Positions 1-12,507 are shown, numbered from the stretch's first letter. The stretch is 64,000 nucleotides of DNA from Octopus bimaculoides (GCF_001194135.2 NC_068982.1:134420733-134484732); one strand, 5' to 3'. Notes: a model not told the origin generated them from the sequence alone. Program-made: numbers and translations.

Positions 1-60
1 TTCTATTTCATGAAAAGTCTATCTAGGGACTTTCTCTACTTCTTTGACTGTCTGATTGTG

Positions 61-63
61 CAT

Positions 64-104
<41 letters not shown>

Positions 105-360
105 CGCTCTCTTACTCACTCTCTTTCTCTCTCACTCTCACTCTCTCTCTCACTCTCTCTCTCTTTCTCTCTCTCTCTTTCTCTCTCACTCTCTCTTTCT
201 CTCACTCTCTCTTTCTCTTTCTCTTTTTCTCTCCAACTCTCACAGTCTCTTTCTCTCACTCTCTCTTTCTCTTTCTCTCCAACTCTCTTTCTCTCTCTCT
301 CTTTTACTTTCTCTCTTTCTCTCCAACTCTCTCACACTCTCTTTCTCTCTCACTCTCTTT
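61..360. repeat. (CA)n followed by degenerate (CT)n polypyrimidine tract
   Basis: Directly visible simple repeat; explains spurious ORFs 10..462 and 56..382. Confidence 0.95.
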
Positions 361-404
361 TATGGCAAAGAATCCAAACTAAATCGAAAACATCTATATA
401 TACA

Positions 405-562
405 ATGGCTTTCTTTCAGTTTCTGTCTACCAAATCCACTCACAAGGCTTGGGTCAGCCTGAAGCTATAGTAGAAGAAACTTACCCAAGGTGCCATGCAG
501 TGGCACTGAATTTGGAACCATGTAGTTGGTAAGCAAGCTACTTACCACACAGCCACTCCCGA
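405..562 (-). mobile_element. tRNA-headed SINE family A, 5' part
   Basis: Reverse complement of the head seen in the full copy at 53300-53690 (gtggctgtgtggtaagtagcttgcttaccaac...ggttcagtcccactg...ctgaaagaa). Confidence 0.85.
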
Positions 563-728
563 AAAAGTAAGGGTTAATGACAAGAAGGACATCAGGCTGT
601 AAAACAATGCCACAGTATATTTATGTAACTCATGCTAGCATGGGAAATAGATGAACAATGAATGAACCGATAGATAGATGTCTTTGAAATGACACTGCTT
701 GGGCATTAGCGACATTTATGCTCTACAG

Positions 729-1018
729 CATAGGTTCTCAAAGTGGGCGCTGGTGTCTAAGGGGGTAGTACAGGGGGTGACGGGCAGTAGAGAAAAAGGA
801 AGCATTGGGAGGAAGGCAGTGGATTGAAGGACGCTATGAATTTATATTATTATAGTATTGTATACAAATTATATAATGTTAAATATCAAATGATTCAAAG
901 TACATATAAATTAGTAAAATATAAAATATTTATTTAGACATAAAAATAGGGGTGGGGGTGCTGAGGGTATTATGTGGCCATAAGGTGGGCGGTGGCCCAA
1001 AAAGTTTGAGAACCTCTG
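729..1018. mobile_element. hAT (Charlie-type) MITE
   Basis: TIRs cataggttctcaaa / tttgagaacctctg; 8-bp TSD ctctacag (721-728) / ttctacag (1019-1026), typical of hAT. Confidence 0.8.
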
Positions 1019-1427
1019 TTCTACAGCTTAACGTGCAAAGACCAGTAGGTTAATGAGCTTTACTTCAAAACCAGGTAAGCTTTGGCATCAGGAAAGGAAT
1101 CCATCCACAAAATACTGTCTCAAATATCTCTTCCAACCCATGTCATCATAGATGAAGAATATATAGAACCAATGATGATGGTGAATCTACCTACCCACCT
1201 TCTCTTAACTTCACAGTAACCACTGCCACTCTATAACAAATGTAATATTGAGTGATGCTAGTCTTCTTTATGACATGTTGATAAAACGGTTGTTTTTGTT
1301 TTGTTGCGTTTTGCTGGTTTGTCTTCTGTCTGCTTCCTACCAAACCAGCAAAGCAATGTAAACAATGATGCCACCATTCAATAGAAACAAACCTAATTCA
1401 AAAACTGGCAAACATTTCTTTCTTCAG

Positions 1428-1483
1428 AAAAGTAACATGGAATCTGGCAATGATTGCATTGTGAACGAGAGAGAGGTTGAGAG
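1428..1483 (+). other. Candidate non-coding (5' UTR) exon
   Basis: Acceptor tttctttcttcAG at 1426-1427 and consensus donor GAG|GTAAGT at 1484, in a unique non-repeat island. The CDS exon at 10.4 kb needs an upstream exon. No transcript evidence. Confidence 0.3.
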
Positions 1484-2339
1484 GTAAGTGTTGGTGTTGG
1501 TGAGATTAGTGTGTACGTGTTGCTGTAACTGTACATCAATGTCGTATATAAATAGTAACAAACAAACAAAACTGTGCAGCAACTAGTTAGATTCTTTCAA
1601 TGTCATTCTCACCAATATTTCTGCGATTTAGAATTGTTTTTATACAAAGTCGCTACCTCACCTCTCCTCTCCCATTAAATTCTTGCTCCCCATACTCACT
1701 TTTTGCAAACACCTACCTGTAGACCTAATTCCTCTGTCCCCACTCACTTCTACTATCCTTCTAACTTGAGTGTCCACCTGGGCACTCATCACCAATATCA
1801 TATCACTTTGAATCTCCTGCTGATCGTTCTCAATCTCTTTTCTAAACATGAGTAGCTGTGTTGCTCTTCTACAAGAATCTACTCTGCCTTCCCCCCACTC
1901 TACTTGAACCACTCATTTCCTAGAATAATGTTGACCTTGCTAATGCCAGTGACACGAAAAATACAGCCAGTACACACCGTAAAGTGATTGGTGTTAGGAA
2001 AGACATCCAGCTGTAGAAACCATGCCAAAGTAGACACTGGAGTATGCTGTAGTCCTTGGATCCATCTGATGTTCTTGAACCATTCAATCTATGCCACTGT
2101 GGAACATGGACATTAAATGATGTGCAAGCATGGCTGTGTGCACCATGTGATTTGGGGATCAATCAATGAGTCTGAATAATTGTGGGATTGTACACATCAT
2201 GCTATATAAGCTTGTCTGACTATTATATCATCAGTAGCATGAAACTTATAGCAGCTTGCATTTAAATTCTGTGTATATTAAATATCTATTTCTAGCTGGA
2301 TCAATAACAGAACACATTTTCTCACACACACAATATAAA

Positions 2340-2760
2340 AGCACAGGCATGGCTCTGCAGTTGAGAAGTTTGCTTCTCAACCACGTGGTTTCAAACTCAG
2401 TGCCTTTGTGTGACACCTTGGGCAAGTGTCATTTTACTACAGGCTTGGCTCACCCAAACCCTTGCGTGGATTTAATAGATGGGACCTACTATTTTGTGTG
2501 TGTGTATATGTGTTTCATGTTTTCTTGTTTTGACCTCACGTGATGATTGTAAACAAGTCTCACTGTCAGACGAGCAGTGTCATTCATTTCCAATCTTCTC
2601 ACCAGAAATATTTTTCATTTCTGGTGATATGGACATATTACCTTGCTTGAAAACAGGTAGGTGAGTTTGTGAAAGGAAGGGCATCCGACTGTAGACAATC
2701 TGACTCAAATTCTCTCCTGCCCATGCAAACATAAGAGTGGACATCAAAATGTTGTTACAC
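2340..2760 (+). mobile_element. SINE family A head with RTE-like tail (variant)
   Basis: Family A tRNA-like head, then aggaagggcatcc...ggacatcaaaatg tail shared with RTE-type 3' ends; related copies at 3735-4070 and 61746-62212. Confidence 0.65.
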
Positions 2761-2794
2761 ATCAAAAAAGACTATATATATATATATATATATA

Positions 2795-2944
2795 TATCAT
2801 CATCATCATCATCGTTTAACGTCCGCTTTCCATGCTAGCATGGGTTGGACGATTTGACTGAGGACTGGTGAAACCGGATGGCAACACCAGGCTCCAATCT
2901 AATTTGGCAGAGTTTCTACAGCTGGATGCCCTTCCTAACGCCAA
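2795..2944 (-). mobile_element. RTE-type 3' end / non-autonomous element (family B), young copy
   Basis: (CAT)n tail plus gtttaacgtccgctttccatgctagcatggg...ggatgcccttcc; 2 mismatches to the copy at 62215-62372. Confidence 0.85.
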
Positions 2945-3734
2945 TATATATATAATGTAAATGTTTACCAACAATGGTTTGTTACCAACAGGTCTGGTGA
3001 TGACAGATAAATTTCCTACAAAGCGATTTCTATTTAATAATACTCTATTTTGATACTGACATGGACTTAGGTATTCATAATCAAATGTATTGCTCCAACA
3101 CGTCATTGATGTACTAGCAATGGACTTGAACCCAAAATTATGAGCTAACAGTTCACTAATATGTTTGTGTTCCCATTTATTTCAGTTCTACAGTGCATCA
3201 TATAATGATGCTTGGTAATTAATGAACATAGTAAGGCCACTTGATATCATTTAGTTAATTTGCTTTATAATTTCAGATCTAAGAGAGAAAGATGTTAAAT
3301 CACGGATGTAATCTGTGCTTTTCATTTTTTTTAAATGTATTTTATTTGTTATTGGTTTAATTTGAAGGAAATATCATAAATACTTACATAGCTCTAATGA
3401 TTCCTAACTTTGGCAGAAAGCCATAAATTTGATTGAATCAACCTTCGTAATATCTGGTATTCGTTTCATTCATTGTGAATCTACAGAAGGCAAGACATGA
3501 ACTTGCCATCCCAGCAAGTTTAGGTTTTGAAAGAGTTATTTAGTACAGAAGTTTGAAAATAAAGTTAAATAATTGTGATTGGAAAGTGAAGGAGAAAAGC
3601 AAAATCAAGTTCAGAAAAGCAACAAATATTTGTTTTTGTTTTTAGCATCTTTGATACAATAACCCCTGGGTATATTTACAAGTCGGATGTCACACTTCAT
3701 TCATTGACCACCTCATATGAGTTAATTAATGCTG

Positions 3735-4070
3735 GGCATGTCTTCTATTATCTCTTTGGGCCAATCAAAGACTTATGATTGGTTCGGGTAAACAGAAACT
3801 GAAACATACGTATGTGTGTGTGTGTGTGTGTGTGTGTGTTAGTTTCTTGTTTTGACATTATGTGATAGTTGTAAACAAATGTTATCATCATACAAAACAG
3901 TGTCATTCATTTTTAATCATTTGTAAAAACACATTTGGCCATGAGGAAATATTACCTTGCTTGGAAACAAGTAAAGGTTTGCAGCAGGAAGGGTATCCAA
4001 CTGTAGAAAAATCTCTCTCAACAAACTCTGTCTGACCCACGCATTCATGGAAAAGGGGTCATTAAATGCA
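3735..4070 (+). mobile_element. SINE family A variant with RTE-like tail, 5' truncated
   Basis: Similarity to 2340-2760 and 61746-62212 (cagaaactgaa, (TG)n, atattaccttgcttggaaac, aggaaggg). Confidence 0.6.
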
Positions 4071-6097
4071 ACAAACTTTTGTTTTTTGCTTGTACAAATT
4101 TCAGACTTCATCTGAAGGATGAAGGTTTAAAGCACACCTAAATAGGATTAGAACCACAAGACATACTTCTTCTAATTCATTGCTGCCTTGTAGGAACTCA
4201 GGATTGTTTGTTTGCCTTTTTTTAATGTCAACTTTGCCTTTCGCCCTTTTCAAATAAAAAAAAATTTTTAAATACCAGTCTGAGGTGGTGAACTGTTTGA
4301 ACTGTAAGAACATCGAATCAGATGCCTTGCTGTATTTGTTCGTCTGAGTTCCAATCCCACCATGGCCTACCTAGGTGGTAGACTGTATCAATTGGTTTAA
4401 CGCCACCACCTCCAGGAATTCTGGGTACCTTTAGTAAAATTCACTCTGTTATAGGCATTTAAACCTGATCTCTGGTCTGACTGTACCCTCCCACCCCCTA
4501 TCCCCCAATCTAGGAAGAGCTGTAAAGGATCATGTTCACTGCCTTCACTCCAGAGCAAAATATAAAAATATATCCCATTATGTTTCTGGGACTTGTAATA
4601 TTATCCATGGATGACTTAGATGTAGGTCTGTCATGAGCCTTAGGGCTTGTAAAGTCAGAGTTTAATCTGGTTTCCTTGGCATATAAAAGACTGCAATGAA
4701 TTGGTATCCCTTTCAGAGATGGGATGTTGTAATTCTTGAAGTTAACTTCCCAGGTCATTGCAGCGACTTATTTTCAGCTGAGTGGACTGCAGCAGCATAA
4801 AATGAAGTGTTTTGCTCAAGAACTCAATGCACCACCCAACCTGAAAATCAAAACCATGATCTTATTTATGATCAGGAATGTTACACTCTGACCCAGTTGT
4901 TCTTATCTAGGGTCCACATGACCCTTGTAGAGTCCATATAAGATTTTGTGGTTAAAAATTTTATGCAATAAATTGGTTTTATTTCTACAATACACAAAAT
5001 ATTTTAACATTTTAATACAATTCCTCATGATATTTAACTATAAAGATATAGTTTTTAAAAATCAAATGGCTATGAGGATCCACTCAAGTGAAATAGGAAT
5101 CAAAATGGCCTATAAGCAAAATCCCTAAATATACATACGTGTTTACCATAAACAATTTAGTCTAGTTCTTTACCATCAGGCACCAAACTTGTTTGTCATG
5201 TGTTGTTATCTGTACAGAATTAAACACCTCAGTATTTTCTTGTAAATTCTGACTCATTCTGTAACTTGAGTAACATTACTTGAAGTAAAGAAATATGTAG
5301 AATAACTTTAACTAGGCAGGAATTATTTTCTTAAGAGAACCAAATATAAACCACTTTGCTGGTGTTACATTTCAGATGGATAGCTCTGATTCAGTTCTTT
5401 CCCAATGTGTTGGTTTATGTGTTGTGAGTGACTGTTATGTGTTGTGCGTTCTATATGTGTTACATGTTATTTACTGATGTATGTGTGTTGTTTATTTTTA
5501 ACACAACTGCTTCACCAAAAACTGGGTCTTTGCATTTGTTTGTGCTACATTCCTGACAGCAGTTTCTATTAATTCTCCTTCATTTAACTCTAATTAGGCT
5601 ACACTGACAAAATCTGGGGTTTTTTCCCATCCCCTCTAATGCTAGTAAATGAACCAATTGCAAGAAACAGGAGATACTCATACACATGCTTTCTTCTTTG
5701 TTCTATTTATTGTATTCTTTGATTCCTGTTATTGGGTTGTGACCATACTGGAGCATCACCTTCAAGGATTTTAGTCATATTGAACCCAATAATCACTTTA
5801 GTCTGGTACTTGTTTTATTGCTTCCCATTTGTTAAACTGTTAAGTTACAGAACACATGCACACACCTCAGTGCCATTTCCTCCATGAATGCAAGACCTAT
5901 AACGCATGGCTAAGATATATAAAGGAATACAGGTAACAAATTAGAATGTTTCATTATTATGACACTGCTGGAGGGTACATATGTGCTATGGTGTACATAT
6001 GAGCGTAGATGCAACATGTATGCAACTTCAATTGATTTTGCATGTTCTGGCTTAAGTACCAGGAGTTGCCCCTAGGTTTGCTCTCTTTCTCTCTCTG

Positions 6098-6147
<50 letters not shown>

Positions 6148-6355
6148 NNNNNNNNNNNNNNNNNNNNNNNNNNNNNNNNNNNNNNNNNNNNNNNNNNNNN
6201 NNNNNNNNNNNNNNNNNNNNNNNNNNNNNNNNNNNNNNNNNNNNNNNNNNNNNNNNNNNNNNNNNNNNNNNNNNNNNNNNNNNNNNNNNNNNNNNNNNNN
6301 NNNNNNNNNNNNNNNNNNNNNNNNNNNNNNNNNNNNNNNNNNNNNNNNNNNNNNN
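6148..6355. other. Assembly gap (N run)
   Basis: N run directly after a (TA)n tract. Confidence 0.99.
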
Positions 6356-6775
6356 ATGTGTTGGGGCAAGTGAAATTGAAATCGTAGTTGAACTAAATTT
6401 GATGACTGGCATCTGTGCCAGTGGAGTGCTAAGAGCACCGTCCGACCATGATCACTGCCAGAGCAGCTGTCTGGCTTCCATGCCAGTGGCACGTGAAAAA
6501 AACATTCGAGCGAGGTCATTGCCAGTGCCGCTGGACTGACTCCTGAGCAGGTGGCACATAAAAAGACCCCACCATTTTGAGCATGGCTGTTGCCAGTACC
6601 ACCTGACTGGCTCTTGTGCTGGTGACACATAAAAGCACCCACTACACTCTCGGAGTGGTTGGCGTTAGGAAGGGCATCCAGCTGTAGAAACTCTGCCATC
6701 TAGTTCGCCAGTCCTCAGTCAAATCGTCCAACCCATGCTAGCATGGAAAGCGGACGTTAAATGATGATGATGATG
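6356..6775 (+). mobile_element. Family B RTE-type element with internal ~65-nt tandem units
   Basis: ggcacgtg/ggcacata aaaa units, ggcgttaggaagggcatccagctgtagaaa, (GAT)n tail. Confidence 0.85.
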
Positions 6776-6983
6776 ATCTCTTTTCTACTTTGGTGTGGGA
6801 TAGGTTGGGAGACCATATCTCACTTGTATGTCTTTGGTACCTGTTCTATTGCCAACCAGTTTACAGGGTGTAGTGGGTGCATTTATTGTGGCATCAACTT
6901 CTGTGATATTGTTTTGATAAAATTAGGTGGTTCTCCTTACTCTTTGATGCATTCATGCACTCAGGGTGACATGGCTGAGAAGG

Positions 6984-7031
<48 letters not shown>

Positions 7032-7034
7032 GGA

Positions 7035-7262
7035 GGCAAGCTGGCAGAATCGTTAGCATGCTGAGTGAAATGCTTAGCGGTATTTTGTGTGCCATTACAT
7101 TCTGAGTTCAAATTCCACCTAGGTCGACTTTGCATTTCATCCTTTCGGAGTCGATTAAATAACTACCAGCTACGCACTGGGTCAATGTGATCAACTTAAT
7201 CCCTTTATCTGTCCTTGTTTGTCCCCTCTATGTTTAGCCTCCTGTGGGCAATAAATAAATAA
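7035..7262 (+). mobile_element. tRNA-headed SINE family C (Nin-domain-like core)
   Basis: gctggcagaatcgttagc (A box), gagttcaaattcc (B box), core gtcgactttgcatttcatcctttcggagtcgat resembling the Nin SINE domain as I recall it. Confidence 0.8.
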
Positions 7263-9989
7263 ATGTATATTTGTGTGTGTGTGTGTCTGAAAGGCTTCTA
7301 CACACCTTATCTACCAAATTTCTCCCACATATTAGTCACCCTGAGGTTATGGGTAACTTCTGTAAGGAGCTGTGTCATGGAATTGAATTTTAAGCCTAGT
7401 AGTTGCAAAGCAAGCATCTTAACGAAACAGCGATGCTTCTTAGATATGTTTTGGAAGACTCGAGATTTATATTAAGAAGTATAAACTGTTAATTTAATTA
7501 TAGACTTTATATTGTTTACTAAAATAAGATCTTTTACAGATAAAACTTTCAGAAGTTTGGCCTTTCTATTTATATTTAGCATTTCATTCTTGAACTAACA
7601 TGTATTAATCCATTTAATCCCAAATATATTAATTTGGAAGTATAATATCAGTTTGGCAAAGAAATTAATCTGCCATAGCTTAAATATTTTATCTAACAAG
7701 GAGACTGGATTCTTGTCTGTTTAATACCGTGAAAATAAGTAGATACCAGTTCTGTGACTTAGAAAAAAGATTTAACTTAGTGTTGTTGTTATTTAGTGTA
7801 GTGTAGCCCAGTTATCTCTACTTGAAGTAACTTAAATCATCATTGTTTTAGTGTATAATATACAATGCTAGCATAGTTCAGACACAACTTATTGCAGCAG
7901 ATTTCCTATGGTTGGATGCTCTTCCTATCACCAACCTTCATCTGTTCCAAATAAGGTAATGTTTCCTGTAATCCATTAAAGCAGGATTGCTTCAATATCA
8001 AAGCATTTTAAGGTATTGGTCAGATGAAGGTCATAACAGAAGACACCTGTCCAAGTACTGCACTGTGGAAGTAAACCTTAATCCATGTAGTTATGAAGCA
8101 AACTTCTTAACCACAGCTATATCTATGCGTCATATTGGGTTCTCAACAGAAGTTTCTACTACATCAAATTTGACCAATCCTAAAGAAACAAGCAGCCAAT
8201 CTGTTCAACAAATCCAGTAGCTTCAGAGAACTGGTGCTACTTATTTGCATACCATGTTTAACCCTTTATTTAATATCGGGGGCTTGTCAATGGGGATCTC
8301 AGCTTAACATAAAACATCCCATTCAGACAAAGAAAAATGTGATATCATTATTGTTACCTCTGATTTCACTATGGAATGAGCTGGATGAGTCATGAAGATC
8401 AGAATGCATTTTCATTTGGTGTTGCTGCCCTTGTAAATGGAATGAAGAACTACATCTTGCTCAAAACACTTCATTTTTGGAATGGTTTCTATGGTTACAT
8501 ATCCTTCCTAAAACTAACTTCTTTTCAGAGTGAACTAGCTACATCTTATCATGGCACCAGTACTAGAAGCAATCATGCCTTTGGGTATACTAAAGGGTTT
8601 TCTCAGCCCCTCTGCTTATTTACTAATCACTTTACAGCACTTGGGCAATTTTTTGAAAACAACGTTTTGCTAAGCTTGCTCAATTGGACAGTTTAAATGA
8701 CTGTATAGAAGGTTTCCAATTGGTCAGACTCAGTCAATGTTTTTCCTTTTTTTGTTTTTGTCAGTGACATACTAAAGATAATTCCCTAAAATGTTGAGAG
8801 ATTTTCAGAATTAATTTCTAAGAGATTTAAAACAATTGAAGCAAAATTGAATTTATGATTTTGGAAGAAAACTAACAGGAAATGTCATACAACAAACTGT
8901 TATGGGAAAATGTTAAATACAATATTAAACTGTTTCTTTAAAATTTTAAGGTTTTGTATATTGGAGCCCCTGGCATTTATATGAGTGGTGTAACTTCTGT
9001 TTCACTTGTAAAATGGTGATAAATCCCATAACCTGTGTTTTAGGGATACATATAAGTTCACTTCTACCCATGGTTGTTCTCATGGGTAGACATGAACATA
9101 TCGCTGCAGATTAATGAAATACTTATAAATTGTGCAATATTGCTATCCTCTATGGTACTGCTTTACTGTTAGGTGATCTCAGCTAGTTAGAGGTGATTTC
9201 TTTGGCTATGAATACAACCCAGAACCAGTGATACAACCCAGAACAAGTTGTACATTTTTAAGTCAGTAATTCTTTTCATCTATGTATGGGCTGATATAAT
9301 AGATATCAGTAATATACAAGGGTTGATTCAGACAACTATAAGCCCTTATCAATCTATGATAAATCGGTGTTGTTCTCAAGTATCATAACTTACAGAGTAG
9401 TGAGAGGATGAAGGACAAAGCACCATACTTGTATCACTTGCAGACGCACTCCAGCCTGTGGCCCACAGCTGTGCTGTCTCCTCTCTCTGCTTTTTCTACT
9501 GTTACTCTGATAGCTTTTGTTCCTTGGCACTGGCTGAGCTTGTACCTTGTTTACTCAAGTCACTCCCAATGCACTAAGCTCTCTTCATATGTTCTTGCAG
9601 ATCACACACTAACCAACACATCCAGTCCTTCTCATGAACATTACCCTCTGGAATCTCCTCCCTGCTCATACCTTTCCTGCAAGTTTAAACAGGACATTAG
9701 CAGTATCAAACTCACTGGTCTTGAAAGTCCTCCAAAGGCCATGAGCATTACTCCAGCCTCCAGACTTGACATATAAAAAGGAAAAAAAGCAGAAATGTTG
9801 AGGGATTTAGTTTTCTCCTTTCGGTGGATAACTAACATGGTTGAAAGCAACAATGGAGAACTTGTCTGAGAACAGCCTAAATGATAAAATAATAAATAGG
9901 CTACTTTAAACCTGGATAGACATACCATATCCAACAGCAAGCTTGCTGTGTGAAACTAATAAAATTAGATACTAGAATTATGTTCTTAG

Positions 9990-10330
9990 ATTTTTCACTG
10001 TGGTTTTGGGTTTAGTCCCATTGTATGACATCTTGAGAAAGTGTCTTCTACTATAGCCCCAGGCTGACCAATGACTTGTGAGTGAATTTGGTTGACAGAA
10101 ACCATGTGGAAGTGTGTGTCTGTCTGTCTGTCCCACCCTGCCACTTGACAACTTGATGTTGGTTTGTTTACAACCCATAACTTCGTAGTTTGGCAAAAGA
10201 AACTGACAGAACAAGTACCAGACTTAAAAAGATAACTACTTGGGTCCTTTTTTGTTTAACTAAAACCCTTCAAGGCACTACCCCAGATTGGCTGCAGTCC
10301 AGTGATTAAAGCAAGTAAAAGATAAAGGAG
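9990..10330 (+). mobile_element. SINE family A, diverged copy
   Basis: Colinear similarity to 53300-53690 (ctatagcccc, gtgagtgaatttgg, acttgacaac, ataagtacc). Confidence 0.7.
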
Positions 10331-10419
10331 ACCAATTTATCCTAAGATTATCACTTTTATCCATAGTTTTCATTGTCTTAAATTGTTTTCATTAAAATGA
10401 AGAGAAAATTTATTCATAT

Positions 10420-10450
10420 TTTTTCTTTTTTCTTTTTTTTTTTTCAGCAG
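10420..10450 (+). promoter_or_regulatory. 3' splice acceptor (long polypyrimidine tract, tandem CAGCAG)
   Basis: Long T-rich tract ending ttttCAG|CAG|aaag; AGs at 10446-10447 and 10449-10450, 85-88 nt upstream of the ATG. Confidence 0.75.
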
Positions 10451-10535
10451 AAAGTGCTTCACAAGACTCTTCCAGATTGAACTTATTGGATATTTTATTT
10501 TTTGAATTTTACCTCCAAGATCTACAGAAACAATC

Positions 10536-11093
10536 ATGTCGGCATTACCAAGAGTTATTGATCCCCTTTTTCATTTCGAAACCCACTTTCCTGAGCGTAT
10601 TTCCAAGCTTCACTTGAACCCAGAGTACCCAGCAGCACATCGGCGCACGAAGAAGCCAAAGTGTCGCGCTGGTGCTCGCTATAAAACTCAGCCCATTACT
10701 TTTGATGAAATTAAAGAGGTCGATGAAGAGAACATCGAACCTCCCGAAACACAAAATAAGGACAACCTCCGCGGACAGTTCCAAGCATTTTCTCGATCTA
10801 TGGATGGCTTGGTCCCTAAAAATTCTCAGACTCAAGGAAATAACAACAACAATAACAACAACAACAATAATACTGCTACGACTCCCCTCAAACCTTGCTT
10901 GAAAAAGCCACAGCAGAATATATCTCCACTTGCCCGTGAGTCACATCCTCGATCCCGACGGGAGCGTTCAGCATCAACCACAGAGGCAAGTACACAGACA
11001 TTCTTTGCCAGCTTAGACAAAGCTAACAACAGCAATGGTGTGGATAACACTTCTGATCAACTAGCAGACAGTGCAGGCAGCCATCTGACCTAA
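10536..11093 (+). CDS. C11orf96: C11orf96/DUF4695-like protein, 185 aa, single coding exon
   Basis: RYKTQPITFDEIKEVDEE matches human C11orf96 RFKTQPVTFDEIQEVEEE (recalled); downstream FSRSMDGL resembles FLQSLECL. Non-repetitive and GC-richer than the flanks; in-frame upstream stop at 10503-10505; 11-residue poly-Asn tract. Confidence 0.85.
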   Translation: MSALPRVIDPLFHFETHFPERISKLHLNPEYPAAHRRTKKPKCRAGARYKTQPITFDEIKEVDEENIEPPETQNKDNLRGQFQAFSRSMDGLVPKNSQTQGNNNNNNNNNNNTATTPLKPCLKKPQQNISPLARESHPRSRRERSASTTEASTQTFFASLDKANNSNGVDNTSDQLADSAGSHLT

Positions 11094-11990
11094 GGTTTGT
11101 CGAACCCAGCACTCTGTTCCTCTGGAATTCCTTATTTTTCCTTTATTTTTTAAAATATTTTTTTCAAGCATGGTTACATGAACAGATGTTTTCTTGGAGG
11201 GGCATATTAGTCCCAAATGATTAAATCAAGAAAAAGAAAAAATGTTTATTTGCTATAGGGAAATATAGACTGTTTTCCCTAAAATTTCATTGATGGACAG
11301 ATGATCCAATATTTATTGAACAACAGGAAAAGTCAGTTCAGGGGTAACTGTTAGCTTTCATCAGATAAAAATTTGAAATATTCACCTTTAAGATGCCTTA
11401 AATGTTTTTTTTTTTTCTTTACTTAAAAAAAACAAAAAAAATTTTTCGACATTTATCCCTGAAAATGACTTTCTTCCTTTCGAAATTTTTCAAATACTAT
11501 TTCTTTCTTTCTTTATTTTATTCAATTATTTGTTCAATGAATTGAATTTTTAAAAATATATATATATTGACATTACTTTGCCAGAACTCTGCACAAAGGT
11601 ACGGAATGAACATGTGTAGTTGATTCAGTTATTTCTATAAAAAATTCAATACTGAAACTACTTTATTATTTATGTCTACAGACATATACGAACAATTTGT
11701 CAAAATTTTGTAGAAGCTGAGTTTTTTCTCTTAAAAGACAAAAAGAAAAGAAAAAATACAGGGCAAAGAAAATTCAATCTTCAATTATTACAAAAAAACT
11801 TTAATTTTTGTCCGTATTTATTTATATGTTCTATATTTTTCATTAGGAGAAATATATATTTATATATCACTTCTACACTGCTTTATTATTATTATTATTA
11901 TTATTTTCATTATTATTATTAATTTTAATTTTTTTCTTGGTGGTATTATGTAGCCTGAAGGAAGTTTAAGCAAATAAAATATTCTATTGA
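11094..11990 (+). other. Probable AU-rich 3' UTR with AATAAA at 11973-11978
   Basis: Transposon-free AT-rich stretch after the stop, with TTATTTAT(T) motifs (~11665, ~11817) and AATAAA before the next SINE. Confidence 0.55.
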
Positions 11991-12039
11991 TATCTGTTGA
12001 AACATGAGAAAAGATATGAAGTTTTTTGTTTTAATATTA

Positions 12040-12235
12040 TTGGTTTCAAATTTTGGTAACAAGGCCAGCAAGTTTTGGAGATGGGGTAAGTGGATTACAT
12101 CAATCCCAGAGTTCAAACCCTGAAAAGATGAGAGCCGAAGTTGACCTTGGCAAAATTTGAATTCAGAACATAAAGATAGATGGAATTCTGCTAAGCATTT
12201 TGCCCAGCATGCTAACTTCTGCCAGCTCACCACCT
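12040..12235 (-). mobile_element. SINE family C
   Basis: Reverse complement of family C head/core (gaattcagaac, ctaagcattttgccc, ctgccagctcacc). Confidence 0.75.
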
Positions 12236-12507
12236 TGTTTTATGTGTTACTATTATTGGCTAATAAAAGAAATCATTATCATTATTTAGAAATAATACAT
12301 TTCTAAATCTCTCAGAGAGATTTAAGCAGTAGTAATACGATGAAGTAGTTGTATGCTGTCAACTTAATGTGACAGTCCCCTGAAGGGAATAATACTACTG
12401 CTGGTTAAACCTAGGAAGCTGCACTGCTTCCTGTCGGCCTTGACACATTTCCTGTGTCCTTATGTTTACAAGGGGGAGACAAGCACCTCCACCCAGCTAA
12501 GCCTGCA

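Noticed and set aside
6100-6355. Association of both N gaps with (TA)n tracts
   Set aside because: Technical assembly artefact, not biology.
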